A DNA stretch of 64,000 bases from an uncultured Eubacteriales bacterium (GCA_934434925.1 CAKSAC010000006.1:36641-100640); one strand, 5' to 3'; counted from the stretch's first letter, positions 36,865-45,743 are shown. Numbers and translations: made by a program. The notes: generated by a model not told the origin, from the sequence alone.

Positions 36865-37615
36865 TTACGGTGTGTCTTCTTTCGGCAGAATCCGGATGGA
36901 AGTAATAATCGGTTGTTTTTCTTTTCTTACCGTTCCGTTTCGATCTGTAACCGGGGTCTTTTTCGCTATGTCGTCCACAATGGACATTCCCGCCGTCACC
37001 CAGCCGAACGCCGCATATTTTCCGTCAAGCCACGGGGATGTTTCCTGCATGATAAAAAATTGGCTCCCGCCGGTATCATACCCATTCGCCCTCGCCATGG
37101 ACAGGACGCCCCGCAGATGGCGCAGGTCGTTTTCAATTCCATTCGCGGAGAATTTCGCCAGAGATGGTGTATCCGGGGCCACCCGTTCCGTCTCCTTTCG
37201 GATCTCCGCCCTGAATCATAAACCCTTCCATCACCCGGTGAAAGGTCAACCCGTCATAAAAACCCTGCTCAGCCAGCGAAATGAAATTGGCCACCGTCAA
37301 TGGCGCAACCGTCTCGTCCAGCACCACCTGTATCACTCCGTAATTCTTCACGGTGATTTCGGCTTTTCGGAGCGAATGGCCCGTGTGCTTGTATTCGGTC
37401 GCCGCCAGCGACGCGCCCTTGCCCACTTGCACTTCGCCCTTTTTGCCGAGCGTCAGGCAGAGCGTCACCACCACTCCCGCGACGAGAAGGAGCGCAAGCG
37501 CTGCAAAAATCCCTCTTTTTTGTAAAGTTTTGTTTGCGGTTTCTCTGTTTTTCCCCTTGCGTTGTCCGTGAAGGCTTGCTTTGCCCGCCCCCGTCGTTCT
37601 TCTGTTTTTATTCAT
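36865..37615 (-). pseudogene. ppiB: cyclophilin-type peptidylprolyl isomerase with N-terminal membrane anchor, interrupted by a 1-nt frameshift
   Basis: Two overlapping ORFs. ORF 37133-37645 ends ...[39 protein letters not shown] 36865-37182 continues ...[36 protein letters not shown]. Deleting one A from the GAAATTC run (TTT at 37153-37155 on +) restores GEFSANG. Start at ATG 37615 (GGAGAGG upstream). Confidence 0.8.
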
Positions 37616-39164
37616 TCTCTTTTCCTCTCCAGTATTTCCGGTCAAGCGTCCGGTACTGTATGGCTTCGGCTATATGCATCGCGCCGATCTTCTCTTGGCC
37701 GGCAAGATCGGCAATCGTCCGCGCGATACGCAGAATCTTGTCATGCCCCCGCGCTGAAAGGCCCAGTCGGTCAAATGCCGCGCCAAGCAGAGCGGCTCCT
37801 TCTTCGTCAAGCGCGCAGTGCTTCCGTAAAAAGGCGCTGTCCATGCGGGCGTTTTGCGTCGGTTTGTCTCCCGCCGCGCGAAAGCGTTCTTCCGCAAAGA
37901 GTCGCGCCCGTTCTGCCCGTCCGGCAATCGCTGCCGAAGATTCCGCCGGGGTTCCGTGCATTTCGGCATAGGCCAGTGCCGGTACTTCGACCTGCAAATC
38001 AAGCCGGTCCAGGAGCGGCCCGCTCACCCGGCCGAGATAGCGCCGTATATCGTCGGGGCGGCAGACGCAGGTGTGTCCGGGCGCGCCGTAAAATCCGCAT
38101 CGGCAGGGGTTCATCGCGCAGACGAGCATAAAATTTGTGGGGTAGGTGACCTTGGCCGCCACCCGCGTGACCGTCACCCGGCCGTCTTCGAGCGGTTGGC
38201 GCAGCGTTTCCAGCACAGAAGGGGAAAATTCCGGCAACTCGTCCAGAAAAAGCACGCCGTTATCCGCCAGAGAAATTTCTCCCGGACGAGGGTTGGAACC
38301 CCCGCCGATCATTCCGGCCGCGCTCACGGTGTGGTGCGGTGTGCGGAAAGGGCGATGCAAGATCAGCCCGTCCACCGTTTCTCCCGCCGCCGAGTGGACG
38401 CGCGTTGTTTCCAAGGCTTCTTCAAAGCTCATCGGGGGTAAAATGCCCGGTATGCGCTTGGCGATCATCGACTTTCCCGACCCCGGAGGGCCGATCAGCA
38501 AGAGATTATGCCCGCCCGCTACCGCGATTTCTACGGCGCGCCTCGCGCGGAGTTGGCCCATCACATCGGCAAAGTCCGGACTTCCGGCCGCCGCGGCACG
38601 TTCCCGGCAGGCCTGTTCATCGAATATCTCCCGCGTAAGGAGTTGTTTGCCGCACAAATGATCGTGAAGCGCACGAAAATCCGGCACGCCGTAAACCTCT
38701 ATCCCGCTGACCACCGCAGCCTCAGCCGCATTTTCCCGAGGTACAAATATCCGCTTTGCCCCGGCCGCGCGCGCCGCCAGCGTGCGGGAAAGCACTCCGT
38801 TCTGCGGGCGCACTTCCCCGAGGAGCGAAAGTTCCCCGACAAAGAAGTTTTCTTCCCCGATCGCCTCAATCGGCAACAGGCCGGCGGCGGCAAGGAGCGC
38901 GCAAAGAATCGGCAGATCAAAAGCGGACCCTTCCTTTTTCCGGTTGGCGGGTGCCAGATTGATGAGAATTTCCCTGCCGGAAAGCCGGAATCCGCTGTTC
39001 TCCATGGCGCACCGCACGCGTTCGCGCGCTTCTCGCACGGCGGTGTCTGGCAATCCCACAATCTCAAACCGCTCTTCTCCCTGCGCGGGTCTTACGCTGC
39101 ATTCCACCGTCACCGGGAACCCGTCAATCCCGATAATCCCCGCGCCGCGGGCTTTTGTAACCAT
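37608..39164 (-). CDS. yifB: YifB/ComM family Mg-chelatase-like AAA+ ATPase
   Basis: ORF track, 518 aa. N-terminal Lon-protease-like block [12 protein letters not shown]. Walker [22 protein letters not shown]. Confidence 0.9.
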   Translation of the reverse strand: MVTKARGAGIIGIDGFPVTVECSVRPAQGEERFEIVGLPDTAVREARERVRCAMENSGFRLSGREILINLAPANRKKEGSAFDLPILCALLAAAGLLPIEAIGEENFFVGELSLLGEVRPQNGVLSRTLAARAAGAKRIFVPRENAAEAAVVSGIEVYGVPDFRALHDHLCGKQLLTREIFDEQACRERAAAAGSPDFADVMGQLRARRAVEIAVAGGHNLLLIGPPGSGKSMIAKRIPGILPPMSFEEALETTRVHSAAGETVDGLILHRPFRTPHHTVSAAGMIGGGSNPRPGEISLADNGVLFLDELPEFSPSVLETLRQPLEDGRVTVTRVAAKVTYPTNFMLVCAMNPCRCGFYGAPGHTCVCRPDDIRRYLGRVSGPLLDRLDLQVEVPALAYAEMHGTPAESSAAIAGRAERARLFAEERFRAAGDKPTQNARMDSAFLRKHCALDEEGAALLGAAFDRLGLSARGHDKILRIARTIADLAGQEKIGAMHIAEAIQYRTLDRKYWRGKENE

Positions 39165-39215
39165 GCTGTCTTCCTCCCGTTTTTGCCCGTTTCCGGGTCT
39201 TCTGTCGTTTTTTTG

Positions 39216-39320
39216 CTGATTTATTGGCCTTCGCCGCTTTTTTACTGATTTTTTTGCGTCTTCGTCGCTTTTTCCCGGTTTATTGCGTCTTCGTCGCTTT
39301 TCTTTCGGTTTATTGTATCA
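39216..39320 (+). repeat. ~30-bp tandem repeat x3.3
   Basis: Units ctgatttattggccttcgccgctttttta / ctgatttttttgcgtcttcgtcgctttttcc / cggtttattgcgtcttcgtcgcttttcttt / partial. Confidence 0.75.
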
Positions 39321-39340
39321 TATCCGCCGCCTTTTGTAAA
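39312..39340 (-). promoter_or_regulatory. sigma-70-type promoter facing yifB/comM (TTTACA-17-TACAAT)
   Basis: On the minus strand: TTTACA (39340-39335), a 17-nt spacer, TACAAT (39317-39312). Confidence 0.5.
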
Positions 39341-39366
39341 GCAACGCGCCCTCTCAAATCACAAAT

Positions 39367-39530
39367 TTCCCCCGCACCCTCTTCCCCCGCCGAGGGAGAA
39401 CTTTTTCCGAAAAGCTCTTCCTTTTCTTTTTCCCGCACGTGCGCTACCCCTTTTCCACACCCGGCCACCCGAGAAAAACAAAAACGTCCGGCCGGGGGAG
39501 CAAAGTTAAAAACCTAAAATCTCCCCGCGC
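39367..39530 (+). repeat. dispersed repeat family 2, copy 2
   Basis: See 36464-36631. The same modules occur here in permuted order. Confidence 0.75.
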
Positions 39531-39685
39531 CCGCCGCCCTTTCCCGCGCCCGCCGCCCTTTCCCGCACCCGGGTTCCCCGCCCCAAAAAGAAAAAACGCC
39601 CCCGCGCCGGTCGCCGTTTTCGGTCGTTCTTTCTCTTTTTCCCGGGAATATGCATATACTGGAAAGAATCTTGTTTTCGGAGGGG

Positions 39686-40612
39686 CTTATGCATTTTTTC
39701 AAGGCCGAGGGAGCGGGGAATGATTTCATCTTTTTCACGGAAGAGGCCGCTTCCTGTCTTTCATGCAGGGAGAACACCCCCTGGGGATATCACCGGTTCC
39801 CGGTCGCGGAAAAACCGGCCGGCATCCCGCATGCCGAAAAAGAAACTTCCCCACCGGTGCAAAAAGACGGGCAGGAGAACCAAGAACCCGCGCTCCGGGA
39901 ATGGGTCGCCGCTCTTTGCAAACGTAAGACCGGCATCGGGGCGGACGGCGCGGTTTTTCTCTCGCCGTGTGCCGGGAGCGGGTACCGGATGGAGATACGC
40001 AATGCCGACGGCTCCCCGGCCGCCATGTGCGGTAACGCTCTGCGGTGCGCCGGGCTTCTTCTTTTTCATCTCGGCGGCTTTTTTGAATCCGTGATTCTGA
40101 CCCCATCCGGCGAACGACAGGTACGCCTGACCCGGCCTCCCCGCACGCCGGAAGACGAGGCTTTTGTCTGCGCGTCTCTCGGTTTCCCCTGCCCTCTTTC
40201 TTTTCGCGCTCCCCCGCAAAACGATGGTTCTCCGGCCTTTTTTGTGTCGGTCGGGAACCCGCACGCCGTTCTGCCTGTCACCCGGGAAGAACTGTCTTCC
40301 CCGTTGCTCGCCGGTAAGGCTGCCGCTCTCTCTTCGGCCGTTCCGGGCGGGGTGAATGTCGAATTTTGCGCACAGAACCCTGACGGGAGCGTTTCGGTAC
40401 GCGTCTTTGAGCGCGGGGTCGGAGAGACGGCCGCTTGCGGAACCGGCGCTGTCGCCACCGCCTTTTTTCTCCGTGAAAGCCAAGCGCGGAACACCGAGTG
40501 CCCTTATCTTATCAGCATGCCGGGCGGCATACTGGAAGTTTCCTTTTCCGAATGCGGAGAAGCCTTTCTTTCCGGCCCCTGCCGTCTCTGTTACGAAGGA
40601 AATCTTCTCTGA
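39686..40612 (+). CDS. dapF: diaminopimelate epimerase (with low-complexity insertion after the N-terminal strand)
   Basis: ORF 39650-40612. Start at Met13 (ATG 39686, GGAGGGG upstream). Motifs GAGNDFIFF, NADGSPAAMCGNALRC, VSVGNPHAV, ERGVGETAACGTGAVA. Confidence 0.85.
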   Translation, partial: LMHFFKAEGAGNDFIFFTEEAASCLSCRENTPWGYHRFPVAEKPAGIPHAEKETSPPVQKDGQENQEPALREWVAALCKRKTGIGADGAVFLSPCAGSGYRMEIRNADGSPAAMCGNALRCAGLLLFHLGGFFESVILTPSGERQVRLTRPPRTPEDEAFVCASLGFPCPLSFRAPPQNDGSPAFFVSVGNPHAVLPVTREELSSPLLAGKAAALSSAVPGGVNVEFCAQNPDGSVSVRVFERGVGETAACGTGAVATAFFLRESQARNTECPYLISMPGGILEVSFSECGEAFLSGPCRLCYEGNLL

Positions 40613-40619
40613 ACCGCCG

Positions 40620-40852
40620 CCACACCCAAAAAAGCGTTTGGCGCGCCGTTTTCAGCCAAAGTCGGTCGGGAACCCACACGCCGTTCTGTCGGAAAAAGCC
40701 GCCCCGGCCAAAGTCAGCCACACCAAAAAGCCGTTTGGCGCGCCGTTTTCAGCCAAAGCCGGTCGGGAACCCACACGCCGTTCTGTCGGAAAAAGCCGCC
40801 CCGGCCAAAGTCGGCCACACCCAAAAAGCCGTTTGCCGCGCCGTTTCCGGCC
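40620..40852 (+). repeat. 97/98-bp tandem repeat x2.4 containing a dapF-derived segment
   Basis: Units start at 40620, 40718 and 40815. Each full unit carries tcggtcgggaacccAcacgccgttctg, which matches dapF 40247-40273 (tcggtcgggaacccGcacgccgttctg) at 26 of 27 positions. Confidence 0.9.
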
Positions 40853-40923
40853 TGTTGTTTTTGCCCGGCAAAAGGCTCTGCCATCGGAAAACCCCGATGA
40901 AAGATGAAAAAGGAGAAACATTC

Positions 40924-42120
40924 ATGGTACAACTCAAAGAAGCCGCGGGTTTTTCAGCGCTTTCGGAGGCTTATCTGTTTGCCGAAACCGGGAAAAGAAT
41001 CCTAAAAGCCGAACGCGCGCTCGGGCATCCGGTCGCCCGGCTCGGGATAGGCGATGTTTCGCTCCCTTTGACCCCGGCCGTTTGCCGCGCACTCACAGAC
41101 GCCGCCCGCGAAATGGGCGAGGAACAAACGCGCCGCGGGTATGCCCCGGCCGAAGGGTACGCCTTTTTACGGAAAGCCGCCAAAGCGGCCTATGCCGCCG
41201 AGGGCGTGTCTCTTTCCGAAGAGGAAATCTATGTCAGCGACGGTGCCAAAGGCGAACTTTCCCTGATTGCGTCTCTTTTTTCCCCCGATACGCTCCATCT
41301 GATTCCCGACCCGGCCTACCCCGCCTACCGGGACATTTCTCTTTTTCTCGGCCGGAAGATTCTCTTTCTTCCCGGGCGGGAAGAAGAACGCTTTCTCGCA
41401 AAGCCGCCGCAGAAAAAAGTCGGCCCCGCCCTTATTTTTCTGACTTCTCCCTCTAACCCAACCGGGGAAGCCTATGACGACGACGGTCTGCTGGCGTGGA
41501 TCGACTATGCCTTTTCCACCGGTTCCGTCCTTCTTTTTGACGGCGCATATGCCGATTTCTGCGGGAAAGGACGGCCGCGCTCGATTCTTTCTCTCCCCGG
41601 GGCGGAAAGCTGTTGCGTGGAGATTCGTTCTTTCTCCAAAGGGGCCGGATTTACGGGTCTGCGTTGCGGCACCACCGTGATCCCGGAAAAGGTCCGCTTC
41701 GGGAACTCGCAGCCGCTGTCAACGCTCTACCGCCGCGCTATCAACATCCTGAAAAACGGCGTTTCTTATCCCGCACAGCGTGCCGCCGAGGCCGCTCTTT
41801 CCCCCGCCGGCCGACGGGAAACCGCCGCAACCGTCGCTCATTATCGGCAAAACGCCGGCCTTTTACGCGAATCGCTGACCGCCGCCGGAGCGCGGTTTTT
41901 CGGCGGGTGGGATGCTCCCTATCTCTTTTTGCAGGCTCCGGGCGGGCGCAGCGGGTGGAACCTGTTCGATATCTTGCTCCGTGCCGGGATCGCCGTGACC
42001 CCGGGGGAAGGGTTCGGGAATGCCGGGCGCGGATATGTCCGCCTCTCCTCTCTCGCTCCCCGCCCGGATATTGAAACGGCCGCCGCCCTGTTTCCCGAAA
42101 TCCTTCGCCCGCTCTTTTGA
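40924..42120 (+). CDS. dapL: LL-diaminopimelate aminotransferase
   Basis: ORF 40498-42120. Start at Met143 (ATG 40924, AAGGAGA upstream). YLFAE...LGIGDVSLPL...GYAPAEGY...YVSDGAKGE...SFSKGAGFTGLRCG is the class-I aminotransferase/DapL pattern. The gene sits next to dapF. Confidence 0.8.
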   Translation: MVQLKEAAGFSALSEAYLFAETGKRILKAERALGHPVARLGIGDVSLPLTPAVCRALTDAAREMGEEQTRRGYAPAEGYAFLRKAAKAAYAAEGVSLSEEEIYVSDGAKGELSLIASLFSPDTLHLIPDPAYPAYRDISLFLGRKILFLPGREEERFLAKPPQKKVGPALIFLTSPSNPTGEAYDDDGLLAWIDYAFSTGSVLLFDGAYADFCGKGRPRSILSLPGAESCCVEIRSFSKGAGFTGLRCGTTVIPEKVRFGNSQPLSTLYRRAINILKNGVSYPAQRAAEAALSPAGRRETAATVAHYRQNAGLLRESLTAAGARFFGGWDAPYLFLQAPGGRSGWNLFDILLRAGIAVTPGEGFGNAGRGYVRLSSLAPRPDIETAAALFPEILRPLF

Positions 42121-42371
42121 TTCTCCGCGCCTGAAAACTTCCTCTCCCGTTTTCCTTTTTTCCGATCGCTCTTGCTTTTCGCTTTGCCGGGCCGCGCCTC
42201 CCTTCGCCGTCTTGCCTCCTTTGCCCGGGCCGCGCCTCCCTTCGCCGGCCGACAACCTTCTCTCTTTTCCGGCGGAACTCTTTCTCTCTCCGGAATGGCT
42301 CTTTCCTTGCGCGTTCTTTCGTCGTGTTCTTTCGGCACGTTCTTTCAGCGCGTTCTTTCTCTTTCGGACGC

Positions 42372-42398
42372 AAAAACCCGCCGAAAAGGCGGGTTTTT
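42372..42398. terminator. bidirectional rho-independent terminator
   Basis: AAAAACCCGCC-gaaaa-GGCGGGTTTTT, 30 nt beyond the alaS stop. Confidence 0.85.
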
Positions 42399-42428
42399 GT
42401 ATAGTTTTGTTTGCTTTTTGCGTTCTTT

Positions 42429-45047
42429 TCAGCTTTGCAGGAGCATAGAGACCTTTTCCAAAGCCTCTCCGATCCTGGAGATATCCTGCCCGCCGCTCAT
42501 GGCGCTGTCGGGGCGGCCGCCGCCTTTCCCTCCGGTGACGGCACTCACGGCTCCCACAATCTTGCCGGCGTGCGCGCCGTTTTTGACAGCCTCGGCCCCG
42601 CAGCAGGCCACAAAGTTCAGTTTTCCTTCAAAAACCGTGGCAAAGACCGCCACCATATCGGGTTGCGAGGATTTGATGCTGTCGCAGATTCCGCGCGCGG
42701 CGTCGGGGCGGATGTCCAGTTTTGCGGTCAGGAGGCGATACGGCCCCACCTGCACGGCGGAAGACAAAAGAGAAGCCAGCCGGCCCTCGGAGAGTTTGGC
42801 TTCGGCGCTTTCCAGTCGGCGGCGGAGTTCCTTGACCTCGGCGTTCACGGCTTCGGCCCTTCGGGGAAGTTCCGCTATGCTGCCGGCCTTCAAGTCACGG
42901 GCGGTTTCATCCAGAAGCGCCTCGCGCGCATCCAGAAGATGCAAAAGATTTCTCCCGGTCAGCGCCGTAATCCGGCGCACTCCCGCCGCAACGGAGCTTT
43001 CGGAAAGGATCCGGAAAAGGCCGATGGCTCCGGTGTTTGCCACATGCGTTCCGCCGCAAAGCTCGGTGGAATGCGGTCCGATTTGTACCACTCGCACGGT
43101 TGCGCCGTACTTTTCGGAAAAGAGCGCCATGGCCCCCATGCGGTGCGCCGTCTCCTGATCGGTCACGAGCGTTTCGGCCGGGTCGGCAGCGAGGATATAT
43201 TCGTTGACAAGCCCGGAGACTTGCTCGATTTCTTCTTTTGTCATCGGGGCAAAATGGGTAAAGTCGAAGCGCAGTTCCCGTTCATCGACATAGGAACCGG
43301 CTTGTTCCACATGCGTTCCGAGAACCTCGCGGAGCGCCGCCTGGAGCAAATGGCAGGCAGAATGGTTGCGGCGGATTGCGTTCCGGCGGGCGTTGTCGAT
43401 AACCGGGGTCACGCTGTCTCCGACCTGTAAAAGTCCGTTCTCCACGGTCGCTTCATGGAGATATACGCCGTTTTCTTTTTTGGTATCCATGACCCGGAGA
43501 AGCAGTCCGTCTGCGCGAATCTCTCCGGTATCGCCGACCTGGCCGCCGCCCTCGCCGTAAAAGACCGTGCGGTCAAGAATGACGGTGCATCGGCCTTCGC
43601 TGACTTCCCCGACCGACTCTCCGTCTCCGTCCAAAATCGCCAACACATGCGCGTCGCAACCGGTTTCGGTATATCCGAGGAATTCCGTGGCGGGAAGACC
43701 GGAAACGGCGTTCTTTCCGGCTTCGCTCCAGCCTTCGGTCGAACCGCGGGCGGCGCGGGCGCGGGCGCGTTGTTCATTCATCAGATCGTTAAAGGCTTTT
43801 TCCGCCAGCGAAAGCCCGCGCTCGGCGCAGATTTCACGGGTGAGATCGACCGGGAACCCGTACGTATCGTACAGGCGGAAAGCGTCCTCTCCGGACAAAA
43901 CGCGATCCCCCGCCTCGGCGCGGGCCGTCATCTCGGAAAGCAGCCGCAGGCCGCTGTCCAGCGTCGCGTGGAAGCGCGCTTCCTCTTCGGAAATCACGCG
44001 CAGGATATAATCGTGTTTTTCATGCAGTTCGGGATACGCTCCTTCGCTTTCCCCGATTGCCACTTCGGCGATCCCGGGCAGGAACCGATCCCGGATTCCG
44101 AGAAGTTTTCCGTGCCGGGAAGCCCGGCGCAGGATCCGGCGGAGAACATAGCCGCGCCCCTCGTTGGAAGGGATCACGCCGTCCGCAATCATAAAGGTGG
44201 CGGAACGGATATGGTCGGTCACGACGCGGAGCGAAATATCGTCTTTTTCGTTTTCTCCGTATTTTTTCCCGGCGACGGCCGAAACAGCGTCCAGAATCTT
44301 CCGGACGGAATCGACTTCAAACAGGTTGTCCACCCCCTGCATAACGCAGGCCAGTCGTTCCAGCCCCATGCCGGTATCGATGTTTTTCTGTTTCAGTTCG
44401 GTATAATTCCCGCGGCCGTCGTTGTCAAACTGGGAGAAAACATTGTTCCATATCTCCATATAGCGGTCGCAGTCACAGCCGGGGCGGCAGTCCGGGGAGC
44501 CGCATCCGTACTTTTCTCCGCGGTCAAAATAGATTTCGGAACAGGGTCCGCAGGGGCCTTCTCCGTGTTCCCAGAAATTGTCCTCTTTCCCCAGCCGGAC
44601 AACGCGGGCGGACGGCACCCCGATCTCTTCCGTCCAAATCCGGAAGGCTTCCTCGTCGTTTTCGTAGACGGAAGGCCAGAGCCGGTCAGCCGGAATCTCC
44701 AATACGCGGGTCAGGAATTCCCAGGCGTACGCAATGGCTTCCCGCTTGAAATAATCCCCGAACGAAAAATTGCCGAGCATCTCAAAAAACGTGCCGTGCC
44801 GGGCGGTATGCCCCACGCGGTCAAGGTCCGGCGTACGGATACACTTCTGGCAGGTGGTCACCCGGCGGCAAGGCGGTTCCTCTTCGCCTGTGAAATATTT
44901 TTTCATCGGAGCCATGCCGGAATTGATGAGCAACAGAGACTTATCTCCCTTCGGCACCAGCGAAAAACTGGGCAAGCGCAAATGCCCCTTGGTCTCAAAA
45001 TAGGAAAGGAACGCCTCCCGCAAATCGTTCAATGAAGTCCATTTCAT
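42429..45047 (-). CDS. alaS: alanine--tRNA ligase
   Basis: ORF track, 872 aa. MKWTSLNDLREAFLSYFETKGHLRLPSFSLVP, and the editing-domain HSACHLL motif. Confidence 0.95.
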   Translation of the reverse strand: MKWTSLNDLREAFLSYFETKGHLRLPSFSLVPKGDKSLLLINSGMAPMKKYFTGEEEPPCRRVTTCQKCIRTPDLDRVGHTARHGTFFEMLGNFSFGDYFKREAIAYAWEFLTRVLEIPADRLWPSVYENDEEAFRIWTEEIGVPSARVVRLGKEDNFWEHGEGPCGPCSEIYFDRGEKYGCGSPDCRPGCDCDRYMEIWNNVFSQFDNDGRGNYTELKQKNIDTGMGLERLACVMQGVDNLFEVDSVRKILDAVSAVAGKKYGENEKDDISLRVVTDHIRSATFMIADGVIPSNEGRGYVLRRILRRASRHGKLLGIRDRFLPGIAEVAIGESEGAYPELHEKHDYILRVISEEEARFHATLDSGLRLLSEMTARAEAGDRVLSGEDAFRLYDTYGFPVDLTREICAERGLSLAEKAFNDLMNEQRARARAARGSTEGWSEAGKNAVSGLPATEFLGYTETGCDAHVLAILDGDGESVGEVSEGRCTVILDRTVFYGEGGGQVGDTGEIRADGLLLRVMDTKKENGVYLHEATVENGLLQVGDSVTPVIDNARRNAIRRNHSACHLLQAALREVLGTHVEQAGSYVDERELRFDFTHFAPMTKEEIEQVSGLVNEYILAADPAETLVTDQETAHRMGAMALFSEKYGATVRVVQIGPHSTELCGGTHVANTGAIGLFRILSESSVAAGVRRITALTGRNLLHLLDAREALLDETARDLKAGSIAELPRRAEAVNAEVKELRRRLESAEAKLSEGRLASLLSSAVQVGPYRLLTAKLDIRPDAARGICDSIKSSQPDMVAVFATVFEGKLNFVACCGAEAVKNGAHAGKIVGAVSAVTGGKGGGRPDSAMSGGQDISRIGEALEKVSMLLQS

Positions 45048-45156
45048 CTTTTTTCCTCCGCGGCTGACGGCCGCCCTTTCAAAATCCGGCCCCGGCCGGT
45101 CTTATGTCTTTTTGTTCCCGGTCGCCATGCCGGAACCCCGTCAAACTATCTATAAA

Positions 45157-45185
45157 ATTATAATACGCCTCTCCCTCTTTGTCAA
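45157..45185 (-). promoter_or_regulatory. sigma-70-type promoter of alaS (TTGACA-17-TATAAT)
   Basis: On the minus strand: TTGACA (45185-45180), a 17-nt spacer, TATAAT (45162-45157). The leader is about 100 nt. Confidence 0.65.
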
Positions 45186-45465
45186 GACGAAAAAAAGCGC
45201 AAAACCGCCAAGGCGAAAAAAAGCAGCTCCGTTAAAACGAAAAAACGCAAATCCGTCAAGACGAAAAACCGCCAAACGCAGAGCCGGCAAGACGAAAAAG
45301 AGCAACCCCCGCCACGCCCGAAAAGAGCCAAAAGCAAATCTCCCGCTCTTTTCAAAACGACCTTTTGCCGAAGATCGCCTGCCGGGGGATTCCGGGAAGG
45401 CCCACCGCCCGCTCCGCTCCCTATGCCACGGGAAAAGGGTTGAATTCCGCCCCGCGTCCTGTCGG

Positions 45466-45743
45466 GAACGAAGTCACCGGGCATTTTCCAAAGGCAGCCC
45501 CTGCCGCAGGAAAATGTTTGGTGTCAAGGCGCACCGGAGCCCGCCCTTTCGCAGGCGTAGTTATCTACGTCAAGGGAGTAGGTGAAAGCAACGATGTCAC
45601 CGGGCATTTTCCAAAGGCAACCCCTGCCGCAGGAAAATGTTTGGTGTCAAGGCGCACCGGAGCCGCCCTTTCGCAGGCGTAGTTATCTACGTCAAGGGAG
45701 TAGGCGAGGAGCAACGATGTCACCGGGCATTTTCCAAAGGCAG
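45466..45743 (-). repeat. 123-bp tandem repeat x2.25 whose first (partial) unit is the last ~8 codons plus stop of the DUF4317-like gene
   Basis: gtcaccgggcattttccaaaggca recurs at 45473, 45596 and 45719 (period 123). The units differ by a few substitutions and one indel. Confidence 0.95.

Noticed and set aside
36329-37525. A 398-aa + strand ORF spanning the repeat region and the cyclophilin locus.
   Set aside because: It is Pro/Ser/Phe-rich and lacks motifs. It is antisense to a recognisable, though frameshifted, cyclophilin gene.
45048-45470. T-box leaders upstream of alaS, and at 7340-7701 upstream of ileS.
   Set aside because: Consensus promoters leave leaders of only about 100 and 60 nt. 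No T-box or specifier-loop sequence is visible by eye. A covariance-model scan would be decisive.
45466-45743. A diversity-generating retroelement (VR at the gene 3-prime end plus a TR copy downstream).
   Set aside because: No reverse transcriptase or accessory gene lies nearby. Differences between copies are not adenine-specific. There are more than two tandem copies.
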